In this document: piece by piece, positions 35,047 through 45,268 of the stretch
Layout: each line of letters starts with the position of its first letter
Numbering within the stretch: the first letter of the stretch is position 1
Source: a virus
Length of the DNA stretch: 64,000 bases
Virus record (IMG/VR): IMGVR_UViG_3300009506_003033
Coordinates: 1-64,000 of that record
Reading direction: 5' to 3' (one strand)
Translations under genes and position numbers: made by a program
Notes under the pieces: generated by a model
Seen by the model: only the letters and a program-made list of their open reading frames with translations
What the model was told of the DNA's origin: nothing
Databases searched by the model: none

Positions 35047-37569
35047 ATGAATGTTCATTTTGACACTCGTGATATCGATAGCTATCGGCTGTTTTGCAAG
35101 ATCAAACGGCTGCCAACTTATCAACTGACTGGCCATGTCGCGACGTTTCCAGACGAGTACGCAGCCAAACTGGGATTGCAAGGCATCACGAACGAAGAGA
35201 TTGGTTATGAGCCACATCCTGACGTATTTGATTACCAACGGGATATAGTGCGAATATGTCTGAGGAAGCGAAAGTTCGCTATTTTTGCTGATTGCGGACT
35301 TGGCAAGACAATTATGTTTCTGGAATGGATTAAGGCTCTGGGAACGGTACTCAATGGCAAATCAGCACTGATTATATCTCCATTGATGGTGATTCCGCAG
35401 ACGATTGCCGAGAGCCGAAAATGGTTCTACGAGGACTTGCCAATTCAACAAGTGCGAGCAGCGGAACTTGTACGGTGGCTCAAATCTCCGACGTCTCAGA
35501 TTGGTATCACCAACTATGATGCATTGACACAAGATGGACTCACTAATCGCAATCTCGGAGCATTGGTACTAGATGAAAGTTCAATGCTTAAGAGTCATTA
35601 TGGCAAATGGGCCAGCCAATGTCTCGCACTCGGCCAGGGATTGGAATGGAAATTAGCTTGTACCGGTACGCCAGCACCGAATGACAGAATCGAATATGCA
35701 AATCATGCGGTGTATTGTGATGCGTTTTCATCTATCAATGGTTTCTTGGCAACATTTTTTGTCAATCGTGGCCAGACACAGGAACGATGGGTGCTAAAAG
35801 ATCATGCATTGGAATCATTCTATCGTGCATTGTCGCATTGGTGCATCTTCCTGACTCGACCGGAAATCTATGGCTGGAAGGACAACACTCAACCTTTGCC
35901 GCCGATCGTGATTCACGAGCACGACATAGCGTTAACAAAAGAACAGCAATCGATATTCACATCAGAAACGGGAGAACTGTTTGCAAACCGCATGGGTGGA
36001 ATTCGCACTAGAGGTAAGCTCGGGCAGTTGGCAAAGGGCCATCACAATGGCAAGGAAGTATCGACGAACAAGCCAGCAGCTATTCGCCGATTGATACAGC
36101 AGTGGCCGGATGAATCGACGATTGTGTGGTGTATCTACAACCGAGAACAAGATCAGCTCGCGAAAGAAATACCAGAGGCGGCAAGCATCTCAGGAGCAAC
36201 TCCCATTGGACAACGATTAGAATTAATCGAGGAATTTAAAGCTGGTATCCGTAGGATACTGATAACCAAGCCAAAGATACTTGGATTTGGTTTGAATCTG
36301 CAAATTGCCACGAGGCAAGTATTTGCTGGGCTACAAGACTGTTATGACGACATGACGGAAGTGTTGACTCGCAATGGCTGGAAAACATTTGGCGATTGCG
36401 ACATGGATGATCAGCTGGCCACGTGCAATCCGACGACGCTCCAGTTTGAATGGCAATGGCCAACAGAAATCATTTGGTCCGAATATATGGGGCCAATGAT
36501 TCAGTTTGGCGGCCAGCGAGGCTTCGACTTACTCGTAACACCCAATCATCGGATGTTTGTTTGCAGGTGTCCGATCAGGTATCGGTTGGCAAATAGAGCG
36601 TGGCATTTCCGGTATGCCAACGAACTATGCGAGAATTACAGACGACAGGAATATCGCATGTTGTCATGCTCGCAACTCTGGCGTGGCGATTCGCCAGAGG
36701 TAATTGTAAACACATGCGAATCCGGCCGATCGCGATGGGCTACTGTCAAAACGGTGCACGAAATGGCAACAGAGGACGCGGTACGACTGGCGGGATGGTA
36801 TGTGACTGAAGGGCATTGCAGATTGCCAACGACAGCTGAATTTGGTCGCATTGTAATATGTCAGAGTGATGGTAATCCATCAAATCGGGCGGAGATCATC
36901 GACCTGCTGTCTAGGTTGTTCGGTTCCGTAAACACAAACACTAAGGATTTGACGAGCTATTGCCGGCACGTGGCACACTGGCTGCTGTCTGAGTTCGGGC
37001 ATGGATCACATAACAAGCGTCTCCCCCGCTGGATTAAGGATCTTGATGCTCGTTATCTTTGTATATTGCGAGATGTCATGATGAAAGGCGACGGTGGGGC
37101 TACTGGCCGATATTATCGAACAGCGAGCCGACAATTGGCCGACGACTTCCAGGAAGTGGCAATCAAAACTGGCATTCGGGCATCCGTTAAACCCCGCATT
37201 TGCAAGGGCTCGACTTTATACGATGTCGTTCTGGAATACGAGCATACGCAACCATCAATATCGAGTACTCCGTCTGTCGTCAGCTACGAAGGCATGATAG
37301 GGTGTGCTCGGGTGATGAATGGGACACTGATTGTGCGTCGCAACGGTATCCCAGTCGTGAGCGGCAACAGCTACGAATCATTCTATCAGGCGGTGAAACG
37401 TAGCAACCGCTATGGTGCTGTTAAATCACTGAATGTCCATATCCCTATGACAGATTTAGAGCGACCTATGGTTGAAAATGTGCTTAGGAAAGCAAAACGG
37501 ATTGATGAGGATACTCGGGCACAGGAGAGATACTTCCGACGAGCATCAAAGGAACTTGCGTCGTGGTAG
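35047..37569 (+). CDS. SF2 (SNF2-like) helicase containing an intein
   Basis: FADCGLGKT, LVLDESS, CTGTPAPND, GFGLNLQ, QAVKRSNRYG. Confidence 0.85.
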   Translation: MNVHFDTRDIDSYRLFCKIKRLPTYQLTGHVATFPDEYAAKLGLQGITNEEIGYEPHPDVFDYQRDIVRICLRKRKFAIFADCGLGKTIMFLEWIKALGTVLNGKSALIISPLMVIPQTIAESRKWFYEDLPIQQVRAAELVRWLKSPTSQIGITNYDALTQDGLTNRNLGALVLDESSMLKSHYGKWASQCLALGQGLEWKLACTGTPAPNDRIEYANHAVYCDAFSSINGFLATFFVNRGQTQERWVLKDHALESFYRALSHWCIFLTRPEIYGWKDNTQPLPPIVIHEHDIALTKEQQSIFTSETGELFANRMGGIRTRGKLGQLAKGHHNGKEVSTNKPAAIRRLIQQWPDESTIVWCIYNREQDQLAKEIPEAASISGATPIGQRLELIEEFKAGIRRILITKPKILGFGLNLQIATRQVFAGLQDCYDDMTEVLTRNGWKTFGDCDMDDQLATCNPTTLQFEWQWPTEIIWSEYMGPMIQFGGQRGFDLLVTPNHRMFVCRCPIRYRLANRAWHFRYANELCENYRRQEYRMLSCSQLWRGDSPEVIVNTCESGRSRWATVKTVHEMATEDAVRLAGWYVTEGHCRLPTTAEFGRIVICQSDGNPSNRAEIIDLLSRLFGSVNTNTKDLTSYCRHVAHWLLSEFGHGSHNKRLPRWIKDLDARYLCILRDVMMKGDGGATGRYYRTASRQLADDFQEVAIKTGIRASVKPRICKGSTLYDVVLEYEHTQPSISSTPSVVSYEGMIGCARVMNGTLIVRRNGIPVVSGNSYESFYQAVKRSNRYGAVKSLNVHIPMTDLERPMVENVLRKAKRIDEDTRAQERYFRRASKELASW
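36340..37368 (+). mobile_element. intein (343 aa) with LAGLIDADG homing endonuclease
   Basis: QD|CYDDMTEVLTRNGWK, VTPNHRM, LAGWYVTEG and MMKGDGG, RRNGIPVVSGN|S. Confidence 0.9.
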
Positions 37570-38423
37570 ATCTCCCACACGATATCATTCGCGTATTTCC
37601 CAGAAAAGCTGGATGGGTCCCGGATGATGGCATGGCATATGTTGGTGCACCTCTATTATTCCGAGAACCAGCAAGAGAAGTACATGTCTCTTGTACCTTT
37701 TCTTGGGACATGAACGAATGCGAACGATTAGCAAGAGAATGGCGGCAATTCTATAGTAATGTGAAAATTGGTGGGCCAGCATATGACACAAGACCAGATG
37801 ATTTTGTTCCCGGGATGTATTTGAAACATGGATATACTATAACATCGAGAGGCTACCATCATCGTTGTGCATTTTGCAAGGTGCATGAGAGAGAAGGACC
37901 ATTACGCGAATTGCCAATCAAAGATGGATGGATTGTGGAGGATTCAAATCTGCTTGCATGTTCGCGGAGGCATATCGAAGCTGTTTTGGAAATGTTATCG
38001 AAGCAGCCGGAACCAGCGAGGTTTACCGGTGGATTTGAGAATCAGCTCGTCACACCATGGTTGTGCAAAGCATTGAAAGAACAGATACGGACAAGAGTTG
38101 TGTACTTGGCATATGATCGGCAAGCCCAAGCGAAATCATTGTCTAGGGCAGCTGCAATGCTATTGGAGCATGGGATACCTCGCGGTGCAATTCGCTGTTA
38201 TTGTTTAGTTGGCTTCGGGGACGATACGGTTGAAGAAGCTGAAAAGCGAATGCGATGGGCATTTACACAAGGGGTTACACCATTTGCTATGTACTATCGT
38301 CCAGTGGAGACCCGACAATGGCGAGTGCCTCCTGGAGACTGGAAAGACCTCGTTCAGAATTGGATATGGGACAAAGTGATCTTTGCACGAATGGCAAAAT
38401 TAGGTATAGAGACAAAAAAATGA
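37563..38423 (+). CDS. radical SAM-like protein with degenerate CxxxCxxC
   Basis: VHVSCTFSW, KIGGPA, TSRGYHHRCAFC, EDSNLLA, CYCLVGF. Confidence 0.7.
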   Translation: MVDLPHDIIRVFPRKAGWVPDDGMAYVGAPLLFREPAREVHVSCTFSWDMNECERLAREWRQFYSNVKIGGPAYDTRPDDFVPGMYLKHGYTITSRGYHHRCAFCKVHEREGPLRELPIKDGWIVEDSNLLACSRRHIEAVLEMLSKQPEPARFTGGFENQLVTPWLCKALKEQIRTRVVYLAYDRQAQAKSLSRAAAMLLEHGIPRGAIRCYCLVGFGDDTVEEAEKRMRWAFTQGVTPFAMYYRPVETRQWRVPPGDWKDLVQNWIWDKVIFARMAKLGIETKK

Positions 38424-39301
38424 TTGAGCCGTTAGCAGATGGATCCAGATGGCATTTATACCGTGGAGATTGCATTGAACACATGGCAGAGCTGCCACAA
38501 GCGTGCTTTGATTTTGCTGTGTTTTCACCACCATTTCCGAGCCTCTTTGCTTACACGGATCTTGCTGAAGATATCGGCAACACGGATGATGTAGAAGGCG
38601 AAGGAAGACTGCATTTGTCCTGGTTTTATCGGCAGCTGGTGCGAGTGATGAAGCCAGGTCGTGTAGTGATGGTTCACGTGATGCAGATACCGTGTCTGGA
38701 ACGTAGCGGTAAAGAAGGGTTGATTGATTTCCGGGGACTGAATATTCGTATCGGACAGCGAAGCGGATTGATTTATGACTACGATTGGTTGATCGGAAAA
38801 AACCCACAGGCTCAAGCGATACGTACTCGATCTCATTCGCTGATGTTTGTAACGATGGAACGTGATCGAGCCAAGATTCGCGGTACTCTTGGGGATTACT
38901 TAATCAAATATCGCATTCCTGGAGAAAACGCGGTTCCTATTGATTCTGAAGGACAGGTAACGCGGAACGATTGGATTTCTTGGGCGGAGGCATGTTGGCC
39001 GTGGACGGACATACGCGAGACAGACACATTGAATGTTGCCGCAGGTCGCGATCAGAAAGACACGAAGCATATTTGCCCATTGCAATTGCCGGTCATACGC
39101 AGATTAGTGAAGATGTACAGCAATCCAGACGAAATCGTTTTTTCGCCATTTGCTGGAATCGGAAGTGAGGGAGTTGAAGCATTGAAGGCAGGCCGGAGAT
39201 TCTACGGATGCGAGATCAAAGACAGTTACGTCAAGGCAGCACGAGCGAATCTAACGAAGACTGTGGCGAAGGAAGAGGATCAAATGGTTCTGTTCCGATG
39301 A
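38420..39301 (+). CDS. DNA methyltransferase (N4C/N6A, beta-type order)
   Basis: GDCIE, FSPPF, HICPLQL, FSPFAGIGSEG, YGCEIK. Confidence 0.85.
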   Translation: MIEPLADGSRWHLYRGDCIEHMAELPQACFDFAVFSPPFPSLFAYTDLAEDIGNTDDVEGEGRLHLSWFYRQLVRVMKPGRVVMVHVMQIPCLERSGKEGLIDFRGLNIRIGQRSGLIYDYDWLIGKNPQAQAIRTRSHSLMFVTMERDRAKIRGTLGDYLIKYRIPGENAVPIDSEGQVTRNDWISWAEACWPWTDIRETDTLNVAAGRDQKDTKHICPLQLPVIRRLVKMYSNPDEIVFSPFAGIGSEGVEALKAGRRFYGCEIKDSYVKAARANLTKTVAKEEDQMVLFR

Positions 39302-39464
39302 GCAATTATGTCGATGGTCAAAAGAGCAGTGATGAATCATCGGCTATTGATTCGCATTCTGTCATGAGGTCATTATACCAAGTCTTCACTTTCGATGAAT
39401 TGCGACAGATGCGGAGGGACGTGCAATATTGTCGCTGTTCTTGGGTTCTCGTGGCTGAATTCAA

Positions 39465-39680
39465 ATGAGGTATACGATGTTGTGGCAGCTGCACTGGCAA
39501 GACGTCGATACTGGAAAGCTAGAATTTCGAGAACAGCGAGATTTTCCAGACGGCGAGACGCATTTTGATTTTGCCTTATGGTGGAAAGGAGTGAACGAAC
39601 GTCATCCATTGCCAGCAAACAAGAGGTGGTTTGTTTGTAACGAATTAGCTCCAGAATTTATAAAGGAGTGTGAAAGATGA
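39465..39680 (+). CDS. hypothetical protein
   Basis: coupled to the downstream gene by ATGA overlap. Confidence 0.45.
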   Translation: MRYTMLWQLHWQDVDTGKLEFREQRDFPDGETHFDFALWWKGVNERHPLPANKRWFVCNELAPEFIKECER

Positions 39681-40666
39681 GCGATGATTTACCAAAAGCA
39701 CACGCACGGTTCAGGGCATTTCACGAGAGGTTCCCGCTGCCGGAGGATAAATTCACGGCACTCAAGGAAGACATCGTGCGAACGAAACAGGTGCGCGATC
39801 CGTTGGTGACGTGGAAAGGCTGTCTCGTCGACGGGTACACCAGGGCCGAGATCATCGAGTCGGAGGGCATCAATATCTGGTCGAGCGAAGCGTTGGATCC
39901 GGACTGGTCGGAGGATCGGGTCTACGAATGGGTGATCGTGAATCAGTGTGCTCGACGGAACCTCACGGAGCAGCAGATGGAGCTGGTTTGGGGGGAGCGA
40001 TACAACCTCGAGAAGGCGAAAGATCACACCGAAAACTTGCCAGTCACTACGGGGGATGTCGAACCAAGCGGTAAAAATTACCGCTTGGGAGAAACTCCGG
40101 GGAAAACGCAAAAAACGACAAACGGAACCGGAAAGAAGAGGGGGAGACCGAAAACGTCGGAACGGATCGCGAAAGAGGCAGGCAAATCCGAAAAAACGGT
40201 GCGGACATGGGGGAAGCATCAGCAGATATTCGAGAGTCTCCCATCGCTCGTTCAGCGGGCGGTCACGAAGAGTCCGAAAAAACTCACCGATAGCCAGTGG
40301 AAGGCCCTGGATAGATGCGAGGGCATCGAAGGTGTGGAGCGGGCATTGCGGGTAGGCCAAGCGGACAATTTGGCGACTGCATACAAGGTTGCCACGGGAA
40401 AAGAATTTGCGGGCATGAAATCGAAACCGAAACAGAAAGGGGAATCGGAACAAACGCAGGATGATGGGCCCCTCACGGAGATTCAGATTGTCAAGCAGAT
40501 CGACGGGATCCGCAAATCTATCGTAAAGCATCGAGCAGCCATGGGATTGTGGACGGAGGCCGGATTGAAGCTGCCAGAAGTCAAACAAATCAGGCTAATC
40601 ATGGCGGCCCTGGATATCCACGTGTATCAACCATTAGGACAACTGGAAGAGGCATTGAAGAAATGA
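39677..40666 (+). CDS. ParB-like N-terminal domain DNA-binding protein
   Basis: DPLVTW..CLVDGYTRAEI, NQCARRNLT, HTH TSERIAKEAGKSEKTVR. Confidence 0.7.
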   Translation: MSDDLPKAHARFRAFHERFPLPEDKFTALKEDIVRTKQVRDPLVTWKGCLVDGYTRAEIIESEGINIWSSEALDPDWSEDRVYEWVIVNQCARRNLTEQQMELVWGERYNLEKAKDHTENLPVTTGDVEPSGKNYRLGETPGKTQKTTNGTGKKRGRPKTSERIAKEAGKSEKTVRTWGKHQQIFESLPSLVQRAVTKSPKKLTDSQWKALDRCEGIEGVERALRVGQADNLATAYKVATGKEFAGMKSKPKQKGESEQTQDDGPLTEIQIVKQIDGIRKSIVKHRAAMGLWTEAGLKLPEVKQIRLIMAALDIHVYQPLGQLEEALKK

Positions 40667-40875
40667 TTGAATTCCGGGACTACAAACAGAAGGCAGCAGC
40701 AATATCACTCAGCGAAATTCGTAATCTAGAGATTCAGTGTCCGGGAGGACAGTGGTGCATGTGTTGTGGTTCTGGTTGTACTTGCGGCTGTCGCGATGAA
40801 TGTCCCGTGTTTTTGGCGGCTGGACGTCGTTTCATCTTCGAACAGTCAGCCAACCAATTGCAGAAAGATAATTGA
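40663..40875 (+). CDS. small Cys-rich protein whose N-terminus duplicates the helicase start
   Basis: MIEFRDYKQKA versus helicase MSIELRDYQQRA; CPGGQWCMCC..CTCGC. Confidence 0.45.
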   Translation: MIEFRDYKQKAAAISLSEIRNLEIQCPGGQWCMCCGSGCTCGCRDECPVFLAAGRRFIFEQSANQLQKDN

Positions 40876-42383
40876 TGTCGATTGAACTCCGAGACTACCA
40901 GCAGCGAGCGATACAAGCCACGCATGAGGCACTGAGACGTGTCAATCGCGTGGTGCTTGTAGCTCCCACGGGCAGTGGCAAGAATTTTTTGTGTAGGTGG
41001 TGGTGCGATGCAATTCCAAAGCGAAATCGAAGACTGGCTATCATTACCCACAGACGAGTTCTCGTATTCCAAATGTCACGACACTGTCAAAATTCTGGCA
41101 TTGATCATGGCATTCGCATGGGTGACGATACGACCAATATCGAGGCCCCAGTCCAAATCTGTTCAATCGATACACTCCATTCGCGAGGCAAAGAATTCTA
41201 TCCATCAGCAGACTGGGTGATCATTGACGAAATCCACTGTAACGAACAACGGTACGCCAAACTGCTAGAGCATTATCCGAGGGCCAAAATTGTCGGCTTG
41301 ACGGCTACACCGGCCAACGAACGTGGAGAGCGTCTGAGCATACCGGAAGAGATAGTTGAACCAGTCTGCAACAGCGATTTGATACCGAAATGGTTGTTGC
41401 CAACTCGGGTTTATCAGATTTGTGACGTTGAAACGAAAGGAATAGGTACGTCAAATGGTGAGTGGAACCAAGAAGAACTCGGCAAGCGACTCGAAAAAGG
41501 ATTCTCTGCAATCGATCTATGGAAACACTGGAAGCCATTTTCCGATCGACAAACTATTGTCTGGGTTCCAAGAGTTGCGTTTGCCAGAGGACTTGCCGAT
41601 CAGTTCGTCGAACGAGGATATTCTGCGGAGGTATTGGTTGCTTCCACAGACAACTCGGAACGCGATTCGATGTTTTCACGGTTTCAATCTGGAACACTTA
41701 GAGTGATTATTGGCGTTCAGATCCCGACAATCGGCCTGGACCTACCGATAGCCAGCTGCGGCATCGATTTACAGCCGAGTAGACAGTTGCGCAATTGGTG
41801 GCAAAAGCTAGGCAGAACGCGACGGCAGCACGGCGACCAGCAGGACGCAGTGCTTCTGGATTGCGGTGGCAACTACTGGAGGCATCAGATTCATCCCGAC
41901 GAGGATCCACCCTGGCCAACTGACGGTAAGACGACGGCCGAATTGCTGAAAGAACGTCGAGAGCGCACAGAGACGGCCGGTAAAGAGCCCTGGGAGTGTC
42001 CCATCTGCAAATACTCACTCGCTCCGTGGGAACGCCTGCACGACAATAAGTGCCCAAATTGCGGCCACGAGCTGGCTCGGGCGAAGCGGCGGATCATCAT
42101 GGGCGATGGAACCATGAGAGAAGTCACGGCGAAATCTCAGCGAGTCAAGAAACAATCTGAACACGTCAAAGTGTGGTTGTCGTGTCTGTACATCGCCGCC
42201 AATACTCACAAAACAGTTGGATTCGCATCTTGGCTATTCAAAAAACGCACGAACAAGTGGCCGCAGAGTACGGACGTAGCGTCAGCGATGAAGGGCTCTA
42301 TGGCACTTCCACCGCCGAATAGTGCAGACTGGAAATTGCCGGTGGCCATGCTATATCCACAGCTACGAAGGAAACCACGATGA
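40872..42383 (+). CDS. DEAD/DEAH-box SF2 helicase with zinc finger (RadD/YejH-like)
   Basis: LRDYQ, APTGSGK, IIDEIH, GLTATP, QKLGRTRR, CPIC...CPNCG. Confidence 0.85.
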   Translation: MMSIELRDYQQRAIQATHEALRRVNRVVLVAPTGSGKNFLCRWWCDAIPKRNRRLAIITHRRVLVFQMSRHCQNSGIDHGIRMGDDTTNIEAPVQICSIDTLHSRGKEFYPSADWVIIDEIHCNEQRYAKLLEHYPRAKIVGLTATPANERGERLSIPEEIVEPVCNSDLIPKWLLPTRVYQICDVETKGIGTSNGEWNQEELGKRLEKGFSAIDLWKHWKPFSDRQTIVWVPRVAFARGLADQFVERGYSAEVLVASTDNSERDSMFSRFQSGTLRVIIGVQIPTIGLDLPIASCGIDLQPSRQLRNWWQKLGRTRRQHGDQQDAVLLDCGGNYWRHQIHPDEDPPWPTDGKTTAELLKERRERTETAGKEPWECPICKYSLAPWERLHDNKCPNCGHELARAKRRIIMGDGTMREVTAKSQRVKKQSEHVKVWLSCLYIAANTHKTVGFASWLFKKRTNKWPQSTDVASAMKGSMALPPPNSADWKLPVAMLYPQLRRKPR

Positions 42384-42568
42384 ATCAAGACGACACCGAT
42401 GCAAATGTCGTGCAGTGTTGGCGATGTTTAACACGGATCTTAGTCCGAGAAGGCGTGATTATCGAACATGAATACGTTGAAGGCGAGTTTCGTCCAGTGC
42501 ATGAGATGTGTGCTGAACAACGGGTCATGAATGGCCACATGCCAGATGTAACTGATTGATTGTTTTTC

Positions 42569-42820
42569 CTAAGGATTGTGGCTAACTTCTCCCATTGTGG
42601 TCGGATTCTTGGATGAAGATCGACAGAGAAGTTCATCGGTCGTACATTTCAGGCAGTCTGCCAAGAGCACGAGTTGAAGAGTCGTCGGAAGTCGTTTGTC
42701 TCGTTCAAAGTCCGACAAAGTACCCTGGCTAATTCCCGTCTGTCTTGCGATCTCCAGTTGTGTCAGTCCCCGGAGCACACGCAGATTTTTGAGAATTTCA
42801 CCAGTGGTTTGCTCTTCCAT
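42569..42820 (-). CDS. XRE-family HTH transcriptional regulator
   Basis: LKNLRVLRGLTQLEIARQTGISQGTLSDFERDKRLP. Confidence 0.85.
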   Translation of the reverse strand: MEEQTTGEILKNLRVLRGLTQLEIARQTGISQGTLSDFERDKRLPTTLQLVLLADCLKCTTDELLCRSSSKNPTTMGEVSHNP

Positions 42821-42887
42821 GGCTTGACGCCTATCGAACGATGTGATAACGTGCATTGCTATACTAGACATGCAGTTTAGCAAATTC

Positions 42888-43931
42888 ATGGTCGGATTCA
42901 AAGTACAAATCGTAGCCGTCGTTCTGGTACTGGCCTCGTGGACATCTACCAGTGCCGAGCGGTGCATCGTTTTCGCCCAAGGTGCAGGCGGATGGTTCCG
43001 TGGAATGGGTGTGCTGGTAGCCAAGGAAGGCACTCGTGGCCTCGTGATGTCGGCGAAGCACGTTGTCCGAAATGCACGCGGTTCTGTGATTTGCCGATTT
43101 GTTGGCGGTGATGTGCGAGTGAGTCAAGTGTTGCGTGTCCCGAATGCAGATATTTGCGGCATGTTGATTGACAATGTACCCGCAAGGGCAGAGCCGACAT
43201 CGTTTGCCGAAGAAGCGCCAAGTGGCAGCGTTGGCACATTTCGAGGTCAGGCTCCGATCACTGTGCAAAATGTGTCGAGCCTGAACGGTTTGCCTCAAAT
43301 CGGATGGCTTGCATCTAGTCCACAAGGGGATTCAGGTGGACCGGTATACAACAGCAATCACGAAGTCGTCGGCATTCTTTGGGGATCCGATGGAAGAACA
43401 TCGATGTCGGAGAGCTATGCGACGGCGCGATGGGCATATGTGCAATTTTGTCAGGCATGGAATTTTCCATGTCCGAGTTGCCAACCGTTACCTTCTGGGA
43501 GGATGGTTGTAGTCCGGCCGACGCAACCGGCTGCTCCTGCTGGTAGTTCAACTCAAGTCGGTCCCTCACAGGCGACGCTGTCGCAGGAGCAGCTTCTAAA
43601 CACTCTGTTGGAAAGGATGGCCAAGGATGAAAGGTTCCGGGGAGTTGCCGGACCCAGTGGGCCTCCTGGCCCGATCGGTCCTGCTGGTGGCGATGGCAGA
43701 GATGGATCTGTGGGTGCTCAGGGACCTCGCGGACCTGTTGGAGAACCTGGCCCGCCAGGACAAGATATCGACGCGAGCGGTGCTATGGCAGCGATTGCAG
43801 CAATCGGCAATCGAATTGATGATCTGACGTTTACCGTCGAGGTTGTTCAACCCGACGGAACTGTTGACACCGGTGTTGTTGTGCACGTCGACGGAGGCGT
43901 GCTCCGTATTAACCTTTCTGGAAAGGAGTAA
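42888..43931 (+). CDS. secreted trypsin-like serine protease with collagen-like repeats
   Basis: signal peptide; SAKHVV, ADIC, GDSGGP catalytic triad; Gly-X-Y repeats GPSGPPGPIGPAG. Confidence 0.8.
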   Translation: MVGFKVQIVAVVLVLASWTSTSAERCIVFAQGAGGWFRGMGVLVAKEGTRGLVMSAKHVVRNARGSVICRFVGGDVRVSQVLRVPNADICGMLIDNVPARAEPTSFAEEAPSGSVGTFRGQAPITVQNVSSLNGLPQIGWLASSPQGDSGGPVYNSNHEVVGILWGSDGRTSMSESYATARWAYVQFCQAWNFPCPSCQPLPSGRMVVVRPTQPAAPAGSSTQVGPSQATLSQEQLLNTLLERMAKDERFRGVAGPSGPPGPIGPAGGDGRDGSVGAQGPRGPVGEPGPPGQDIDASGAMAAIAAIGNRIDDLTFTVEVVQPDGTVDTGVVVHVDGGVLRINLSGKE

Positions 43932-43936
43932 TTCCA

Positions 43937-44263
43937 ATGGCTATTCCGGCCCCGACATCAGACGCTGATGCCATGTGGACCATGAACCTCAAGGCAATCG
44001 CCGATAGCGGAGCATCACTTATTATGGGTGCTGCTCAAGACGTGAAGCTGAGTCAGGCTAGGCTTGCGATCCTTGGCGAGAACCTGCTGGCCCGCGCTGG
44101 CACGACTTTGGTTCAGCCCGATCCTATCGAGGCGGCTGCGACCAAGCAGATTTTGACGGGTAACGCGATGGGCGACAATGCACTTGTGACGGCTCTCGCA
44201 GCGATTCTATCGAAGGTCAGCTACGGGTTCCCAAATCCGATTCCGGCCGGCGGTACGAGCTAA
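43937..44263 (+). CDS. Ala-rich small protein, possibly RebB/R-body-like
   Basis: AAGGAG RBS; DPIEAAATKQILTGN; followed by a terminator. Confidence 0.35.
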   Translation: MAIPAPTSDADAMWTMNLKAIADSGASLIMGAAQDVKLSQARLAILGENLLARAGTTLVQPDPIEAAATKQILTGNAMGDNALVTALAAILSKVSYGFPNPIPAGGTS

Positions 44264-44297
44264 TCGCGTGCCGTAGAGGCACGTCTACGGCTGCGAT

Positions 44298-44337
44298 AAA
44301 CCTTCACCGGTGGCGTGCCACGCCGCTGGAGGTTTTT
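44298..44337 (+). terminator. intrinsic terminator-like hairpin
   Basis: AAACCTTCACCGG...CCGCTGGAGGTTTTT. Confidence 0.5.
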
Positions 44338-44338
44338 A

Positions 44339-44671
44339 ATGACTGCCAAATTCAATATCGAAGTTCCGGTGACGCTGATCTTTCAGCCTGGTCTCGTTCT
44401 GTTGAAAGCTGGATCTCAGACTTTCAATCTCGCAGCGATTGACACCATTGATGAATTTCGTGTATTGCTGTACGGACTCGCATCTGGGGCCATACAATCA
44501 ATAGCTGGCGATTCTGCGACCAGAGTTGTTGCTCCATCCGACGCCAAGCAAACTGCGGAGGCTGCCGATATAATGGCGGATGCCTTTCGCCGACAGGCCC
44601 AGCGGTCACATCAAAATCTCAAGGAAGCTCAAGAGACTTATGAGGCTGCCGTTGCTGGACTCACCAAGTGA
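44339..44671 (+). CDS. hypothetical protein
   Basis: GGAGG RBS, helical C-terminus. Confidence 0.5.
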   Translation: MTAKFNIEVPVTLIFQPGLVLLKAGSQTFNLAAIDTIDEFRVLLYGLASGAIQSIAGDSATRVVAPSDAKQTAEAADIMADAFRRQAQRSHQNLKEAQETYEAAVAGLTK

Positions 44672-44826
44672 ACCAACAGTAACCGCTACTGAAAAGGTTG
44701 CCGAACTACTGAAGTTTCGCCAGGACAAAAGCGAAGCTCTGAAGGAAATTCTCCGCGAATTGACAGAATACGAAGGTCGGCAAGATGCGAGGATGAAAGA
44801 TTTTCTCGATTATTCGCAGCAATGGA

Positions 44827-45057
44827 TTGCAAAGCAGAAGGAATTGGCAAATGGATGACTTTGGTAGAGAAGAAATTATTGGCATACTTGAAAGAATTGT
44901 GTCGATACAAGTAAGCATGAAAAATCTTCTGGACTCAGATTACACACAACCGATAAATGAACAACTCGCATGTGTAACGAATGACATCGATCTCGTTTTG
45001 GCTGATTTACGAGATGCCAGACGTATAGTTCATAAAAAGGAGTTGGCAAGTGAATGA
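44827..45057 (+). CDS. hypothetical protein
   Basis: coupled small-gene chain. Confidence 0.4.
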   Translation: MQSRRNWQMDDFGREEIIGILERIVSIQVSMKNLLDSDYTQPINEQLACVTNDIDLVLADLRDARRIVHKKELASE

Positions 45058-45268
45058 TTTCGACATCGCAGTCGATGATGATATTGCTGAACTTGTTGAA
45101 TCAGGTAAACTGGACCCGTGGAAAGCCGGTCAGTGTCAGCTCCGACGCGATGTCGCAGAACTCAAAACACAATTGCGAGATGACATCGCAGTCCTTCAAA
45201 AAAAAATGGAAGATCGAATCACAAAGGACAGTTGGCTCAAAATCCGAAGAAGAAATCCTACTGGCTGA
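45050..45268 (+). CDS. hypothetical protein
   Basis: AAGGAG RBS. Confidence 0.45.
   Translation: MNDFDIAVDDDIAELVESGKLDPWKAGQCQLRRDVAELKTQLRDDIAVLQKKMEDRITKDSWLKIRRRNPTG

Noticed and set aside
35602-35616. Possible self-target: gapped pattern GG.AA.TG.GC.AG from an array 2 segment matches GGCAAATGGGCCAGC in the helicase gene
   Set aside because: Only 5 of 15 dinucleotides match, which is expected by chance; a systematic gapped search could not be done by eye.
43640-43760. GC-rich periodic tract
   Set aside because: Encodes the collagen Gly-X-Y repeat of the protease.
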